Source: Deltaproteobacteria bacterium
Lineage (GTDB): Bacteria; JAGRBM01; JAHCIT01
DNA: 64,000 bases
Direction of reading: 5' to 3'
NCBI GenBank assembly: GCA_026129095.1
Contig: JAHCIT010000005.1
Location: forward strand, 248,001-312,000
The notes under the pieces were generated by a model, which was not told the DNA's origin, made no database searches, and was given only the letters and a program-made list of their open reading frames with translations. The first letter of the stretch is position 1. Every line of letters starts with the position of its first letter. Shown in pieces: positions 59,123-64,000 of the stretch. The translations under genes and the position numbers were made by a program.

Positions 59123-60226
59123 GTGACCTCCGAAGACTTGTATCCGAAAAGCAATGTAATGCGTGTCCTTTTTCTGTACGTTGGGCAGGGAGAGGCAACC
59201 CTTTTTCTCGTACCTGACGGCCTTGGTGGACACATCTCCATGCTTGTGGACTGCAACTATTCGCCGTCACTCAACGGAATCGACCTGCCATGCTTTTTAG
59301 CGGATACGCTCCCTAAGAATTCCAAGGGCAGACCGGTTCTCGACTTGTTCGTTAATACGCACCCTCATTCGGATCATCTTGGTGGCCTCAAAGCTCTACG
59401 GCAGGCCATAGAGATTCAGAACGTCTGGCACAGCGGTCATAATCCTGGCCGGGAACACGGTGATGCCTATAAAGAGCTGCAAACCCTGATGAAAGAAGTG
59501 GAAGACCGAAAGGGAAAGGTTGAAGAACTTCAGGGATCCCGGACGGCGGTCAAATTCGGAGCCGCTGAAGTTCATATCCTGGCGCCAGCCGAATACGTGA
59601 AAGATGAAATCGCCGACGAAAAGGCCGAAACACGCTATCAGCGTATACATGAGCATTGTGCGGTGCTTCGGGTAAGATACGGCTCCGCCGGCAAAAAAGT
59701 AGGTGTCCTGGTGACCGGGGATGCCGATAAAGCCGCATGGGAAAATCACATCACCGATTACCACGGTGCAAAAGAAGAGAACCGGCTAAAATCGGAAATA
59801 CTTAGTGCTTCCCACCACGGGTCCAGAACGTTTTTCAAAACGGATGAGGACGATGACAAGCCGTACACCAAACATCTCGATTACATCCAGCCAGAACGCT
59901 TGGTAATTTCCGCGCCGGCCCAGAAGGACAGTCCTCACGATCATCCGCACGATGATGCTCTTGAACTTTATCAAACATACATCGAAACGGACTGCATTCA
60001 CCATATGGGAGCCGGGCGTTGGTCATTTCAACTCGATGTTGATGACAAAGGGGATTACGAACTTGAAGAGGACCGAGGTAAAATTGCGGATGAATACCCG
60101 GCTTCGGATGATGATGAAAAATCAGACAAAGGCGGCGGCAGTGGCGGCACAAAAGCTACCATCGCCAGCACGCCCATCAGCCGTGTCGGCAAAACCCATC
60201 CAATGGGGATGCCAAGCGAGCGGTAA
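59123..60226 (+). CDS. ComEC/Rec2-like metallo-beta-lactamase fold hydrolase with a disordered C-terminal tail
   Basis: YVGQGEA, LVDC, THPHSDHLGG, TGDA, SHHGS, HPH; GTG preceded by AAGGGAG (alternative ATG at 59087). Confidence 0.9.
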   Translation: MTSEDLYPKSNVMRVLFLYVGQGEATLFLVPDGLGGHISMLVDCNYSPSLNGIDLPCFLADTLPKNSKGRPVLDLFVNTHPHSDHLGGLKALRQAIEIQNVWHSGHNPGREHGDAYKELQTLMKEVEDRKGKVEELQGSRTAVKFGAAEVHILAPAEYVKDEIADEKAETRYQRIHEHCAVLRVRYGSAGKKVGVLVTGDADKAAWENHITDYHGAKEENRLKSEILSASHHGSRTFFKTDEDDDKPYTKHLDYIQPERLVISAPAQKDSPHDHPHDDALELYQTYIETDCIHHMGAGRWSFQLDVDDKGDYELEEDRGKIADEYPASDDDEKSDKGGGSGGTKATIASTPISRVGKTHPMGMPSER

Positions 60227-62613
60227 TGTTCCCAGGCATTCCATGGTTCGTTGAGCATCCTGATCTGTATCGATCGGAGGCTAGTGAACTTCGAGAAAAG
60301 TTCCCCGAAATGACGGAGATGCCGGAACCGGATATTTCGGGGCGTGTCTACTTCTATGGCGCTTTGAAATTCCACTCCGGACGAACGACAACTTCCGTCA
60401 ATATCGTTTTGTATTATCCAGCCGATTTTCCGTATTCGTCGCCCGCTGTTATCCCGGTAGAAAAATTGCCCCACGAGTTGGGGCAAGAAGCACCGCTTCT
60501 GCTTGATCGCTCGAATATCCGTTTCTTTTCCGCCCGTCACCAAATGGCTAGCGGAATGATTTGTCTTTACGAAGCAGATGGCCGCCCTTGGCACCATCTT
60601 GCCGTGACGGGTGTTGAAGCACTCCACAGGGCCAGGAAATGGCTACGTCACGCAATACGAGGGCAATTCCCTAGCGATCTCGATGGCGATCATGCAGAAC
60701 TCTCAGAACATTACCAGGCAACTGGTGACGTATTGGTCGGCCCGGCAATGCATCGAACTAATCTAGGGGCTCCGAAGCGGTTCCTAGCCGTTCAACTTCG
60801 ACCTAAGCAGCAACTATTCGCGGTAACTCATGTCCAATATGAACACGGATGGGCAGATGATCGAGCCGTCTTTAATAGACTAATGCCTGAAGCATTTGGG
60901 AACGAGCAGTGGTGGGATTCCGCAGGGACGACAGAAAATCTGGATATTTTGCGGGTGAAACCGGACTGTCTGGTCGGCGAGTGCTACCCCATTTCCGGGG
61001 AGCCTCGGCCATATCGATCAGCTTCCGAATTCGCCCAAACGCTATATCCGGAAAAGGGCGCCGCAGCCATTGAAGCTCTTCAAGAAAAATATGCTGTTGA
61101 GCGGACCTGCCGGGAAAAGGTGGTATTGCCTATTCAATATCCAGGCAGGGCAGGCAGTTGGGAATGGCTATTTATCGAATTGCAAATAAAAAACACTGCT
61201 CCTGAACGAATCAAAGCTCCCACAGGGGAGATGGTCCCTCTCTTAGATTTAAGTCCTTCATCCCGAACAGCACTCGCTACTGCTGTCCCAACAGTATTAC
61301 GCCAACATGATTTACAGCGCAGAAGTTTGGAGCTTCGCAATGGTGGCCGAGCCCAGCCGGACATTAATAACTGGACGGTATCGCTATTTGGAGCCGGAGC
61401 CATCGGCTCCGAAACGGGCGTGCTTCTTGCCAAAGCGGGAATCGGGAAACTGAAGATATGGGACAACCAAATCCTTTCAGCCGGGAATACCATTAGGCAT
61501 CTATCCGGGCTCTTTGGTGTCGGGTTTCCCAAGGCGTCGCTGACGGAACTGATGGTTAAGCAGCACAATCCGCATTGTGAGGTGGCGTCAACTTTTGGGG
61601 ATGCCCTCGATGCGATAACGAGAAACCCGAATGATGCATGGGGATCCAATGCGACTATCAGCACCATCGCCGATGATGGTGTCGAGTTGCGGTTGAATAA
61701 GCTGGCAGTATCGAGCGGCAAGACGGTTTACTATTTGCGCGCCCTCAGGTCCGGTTCGGTAGGTCAACTGCTGCGGGCTATACCTGGCAGTGGTGCGTGT
61801 CTGGAATGTCTGGCGCATTATCTGCAAGATGAGACGCCGGATCCAAAATCGTTCCCAATGGATGAAATCCCCGGAGAAATTGTCGCTCGTGAATGCGGTA
61901 GACCCATACTTGCGGCAAGTGCAATGGATCTTACGACCGTAGCGGCATTTGGCAGCAGACTTATTCTTGGCGATCTGGCGCAACCGTCTGAAAACAATTT
62001 ATGGGTTTGGACGACCGATGGTATCCCAGGACATTCGGAACTGGCCAAGCCATTTTCGATGGCCTCGTCGTTTTTACCTCCGCACCCAGCATGTTCAGTG
62101 TGCCGCCCCAAGGCGATTGGCAATGTTCATTTTCCAAAGGACGTTCAAGCTCGAATGATAGATTTGGCTCGGCAACATGAGCCGAACGAGACGGGCGGTA
62201 TGCTTATCGGCTATCGGAAGGGACAGGACGTATTTGTTCTGGAGGCAAGTGACGCGGGACCAAAGGCCACCAGCATGCCGTCACGGTTTGAGAGAGATGG
62301 GGGTTACAGTGAAACGTATCTAATGGATGCCGTGCGGCGGAATGGCAACGGTATTGATTATGTCGGTGATTGGCACAGTCACCCCGGATATCCGGCAGTT
62401 CCTAGCCCAAGGGACGCGGTTTCTATGCATGATATTGCGGCAGATCCGGGATACCGTACCGATTACCCGATAATGGCGATAGTCGGCCTGCCCGATAGCG
62501 GGAAATCGGGTGATCCTGAATTCACCTGTTACTGCTTTCCCAAGGGGAGCAGTAGTTACAGCGTCGGTGTGAGGATCACCGATTCTGCTCCAGTATCACG
62601 AACAGGCGATTAA
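60226..62613 (+). CDS. E2-like + ThiF/E1 + JAB (Mov34/MPN) fusion protein
   Basis: YPADFPYSSP...HQ..SGMICLY (E2); GAGAIGS, D...GNTIRH, CLEC, ECG, CSVC (E1); NETGG...GDWHSHP...PSPRD (JAB). Confidence 0.9.
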   Translation: MFPGIPWFVEHPDLYRSEASELREKFPEMTEMPEPDISGRVYFYGALKFHSGRTTTSVNIVLYYPADFPYSSPAVIPVEKLPHELGQEAPLLLDRSNIRFFSARHQMASGMICLYEADGRPWHHLAVTGVEALHRARKWLRHAIRGQFPSDLDGDHAELSEHYQATGDVLVGPAMHRTNLGAPKRFLAVQLRPKQQLFAVTHVQYEHGWADDRAVFNRLMPEAFGNEQWWDSAGTTENLDILRVKPDCLVGECYPISGEPRPYRSASEFAQTLYPEKGAAAIEALQEKYAVERTCREKVVLPIQYPGRAGSWEWLFIELQIKNTAPERIKAPTGEMVPLLDLSPSSRTALATAVPTVLRQHDLQRRSLELRNGGRAQPDINNWTVSLFGAGAIGSETGVLLAKAGIGKLKIWDNQILSAGNTIRHLSGLFGVGFPKASLTELMVKQHNPHCEVASTFGDALDAITRNPNDAWGSNATISTIADDGVELRLNKLAVSSGKTVYYLRALRSGSVGQLLRAIPGSGACLECLAHYLQDETPDPKSFPMDEIPGEIVARECGRPILAASAMDLTTVAAFGSRLILGDLAQPSENNLWVWTTDGIPGHSELAKPFSMASSFLPPHPACSVCRPKAIGNVHFPKDVQARMIDLARQHEPNETGGMLIGYRKGQDVFVLEASDAGPKATSMPSRFERDGGYSETYLMDAVRRNGNGIDYVGDWHSHPGYPAVPSPRDAVSMHDIAADPGYRTDYPIMAIVGLPDSGKSGDPEFTCYCFPKGSSSYSVGVRITDSAPVSRTGD

Positions 62614-63248
62614 CTGGTTGGAAGATTTAGGAATTGGACAAAAAGTTCGCGGGCGTAATAGCAGCCGAAACGATGCATTCGGGCTAGAGCTATCGCAACT
62701 AGTACCCCGAAAAACAACACAGGCCTCCAGCTTCCTGGCCCCTTCTCCCATAACAACAGGGCGGCCACGACCAATAAACTGGCGGCGATTCCACGGCACA
62801 GACCATAGTTGCCATTGAATCGTTCGATTCGCTCTAGTCGATTAGCCGCGCCAATTGCCGCATGTATCTGCCGGGTAATCGGCGTCCATTCGGCTGCCGC
62901 AATTTTGGATAATTCGACCGGTTCATTTCGGCCGAGTAATTTCTGGAGTCGTGTTTCGAGTAATCGCTGCTGATCGGGGCTTATCAAGTTCCCACGACCG
63001 GAAATAACCCAGTCGGTAGGCATTCCTTTGAAGATTTTCCAATGTAACGTTTCAAGCCTATTTCCTATGAACTGAACCAAATGGCCAGCGGCGTACGAAA
63101 GAATGATAAATACCCCAAGATCACCAAACGACGCTCCCGATGCTTTCGCTATCAGGGAGATCGATGGATAGATCAACGATGCGCCGAATATAGTGATTGC
63201 GCCTGGCGCTAAAATGCCCGCGAATTCGTAAAAGTCGAATTGCTTCAC
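62610..63248 (-). CDS. Hypothetical four-TM membrane protein
   Basis: FDFYEFAGILAPG N-terminal TM pair, soluble middle, C-terminal TM pair. Confidence 0.75.
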   Translation of the reverse strand: MKQFDFYEFAGILAPGAITIFGASLIYPSISLIAKASGASFGDLGVFIILSYAAGHLVQFIGNRLETLHWKIFKGMPTDWVISGRGNLISPDQQRLLETRLQKLLGRNEPVELSKIAAAEWTPITRQIHAAIGAANRLERIERFNGNYGLCRGIAASLLVVAALLLWEKGPGSWRPVLFFGVLVAIALARMHRFGCYYARELFVQFLNLPTS

Positions 63249-63613
63249 GTTTGTGCATCCTCAAAGCGTATCTTTGGACAGGTTTTCCGCTTACGCAACT
63301 TTAGCCCGCTCACATTCCCCTTTCGGGTAGAAGGATAAAAAGAGATTCGAACCGTTGGGACATTTAAGCCCTCAGACTCCGGCATAGTGCCCCAGCCCCT
63401 ATCGCTTTTTGCGCCGGGGACCGGGATAAAACCGTCCACATAAACATAACCAGTGATACAAGAACTACCTAACCCCAGTAACTAACTAGCAATAACCCAC
63501 ATATCTAAAATCTCTTGGTCATTTTGCCCCTACCCCCTAATGTGGCGGGATTGTGCGCCAACCTTAACCGAGTAAAATGCAGACCTGAGACATGGCAAGG
63601 AGCCAATAGTTAT

Positions 63614-64000
63614 ATGAGCACGAAACCAAAGACCGATGAGACGAAAGAGAGCCTGTCCCGCAATGAGGGCAAATGGACCCCAAAGCTGATGGCAGCAGGG
63701 TGGGTCGCAATTCCAGCGGTAATCATTGAGCAACAGGCGAAATTGCAGCTCAGTCCGACCGACATGAATATCATTCTGTTTCTCGCATCCAAGTGGTGGG
63801 AGAAAGAAAAACTGCCGTTTCCCAGCAAGAAACATATCGCGGAAAGTATCGGTATCGACGCGAAGACGGTTCAGCGCAGGATCAGCCAGCTCGAAAAGGT
63901 CGGCTATCTGAAACGCCATATTCGTCAACGGGCCGACAAGAGCTTCAAGTCGAACATGTATTCGTTCGATGGGCTCATCGAAAAAAGCACTCCTCTTGCC
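63614..64000 (+). CDS. Winged helix-turn-helix protein (DnaD-N/replication initiator-like), partial
   Basis: Manual translation: KW...GWVAIP...LSPTDMNIILFL...WW...PFPSKKHIAESIGIDAKTVQRRISQLEKVGYL...SNMYSFDGL. Confidence 0.8.
   Translation, partial: MSTKPKTDETKESLSRNEGKWTPKLMAAGWVAIPAVIIEQQAKLQLSPTDMNIILFLASKWWEKEKLPFPSKKHIAESIGIDAKTVQRRISQLEKVGYLKRHIRQRADKSFKSNMYSFDGLIEKSTPLA

Larger units (their letters stand above)
55000..64000. mobile_element. Lower-GC genomic/defence island (boundaries approximate; extends past the window)
   Basis: Visible drop in GC and loss of GC3 bias; RM system, E2-E1-JAB operon and HTH gene; no integrase within the window. Confidence 0.6.

Noticed and set aside
59087-62613. 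Canonical CBASS/Pycsar, ThiF/MoeB cofactor biosynthesis, or competence ComEC
   Set aside because: No nucleotidyltransferase or cyclase, no ThiS/MoaD partner, and the MBL lacks the ComEC membrane domain.

Overview
GC-rich bacterial chromosome segment; gene content and order suggest a deltaproteobacterial/myxococcal-like organism (inference only). The middle ~2.5-44.7 kb is mostly housekeeping: mosAB-like molybdenum storage genes, maf-yggS-proC-divIVA-yggU, tldD, glnE, lemA-TPM, an MMPL transporter, rsmG, a PpiD-like chaperone, mreCD-mrdA-rodA without mreB, nth, ugd-uxs-GT2 and dsbD. This block is bracketed by two inverted orphan RHS toxin-tip cassettes (~0.2-2.0 kb and ~44.7-46.7 kb). The two share an RHS-core arm, including a 61-bp identical stretch, and a second arm from a convergent membrane-protein gene, but carry unrelated payloads. 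The right end is accessory DNA. From ~55 kb it is a visibly lower-GC defence-type island with a C5 methyltransferase plus NotI-family endonuclease, and a translationally coupled pair: a ComEC-like metallo-beta-lactamase with a flexible Gly-containing tail, and a single polypeptide fusing E2-like, E1 (ThiF) and JAB domains. This pair is the best candidate for a little-characterised ubiquitin-like conjugation/anti-phage system. No rRNA, tRNA or CRISPR array was recognised. All calls are from motif reading, not database searches.
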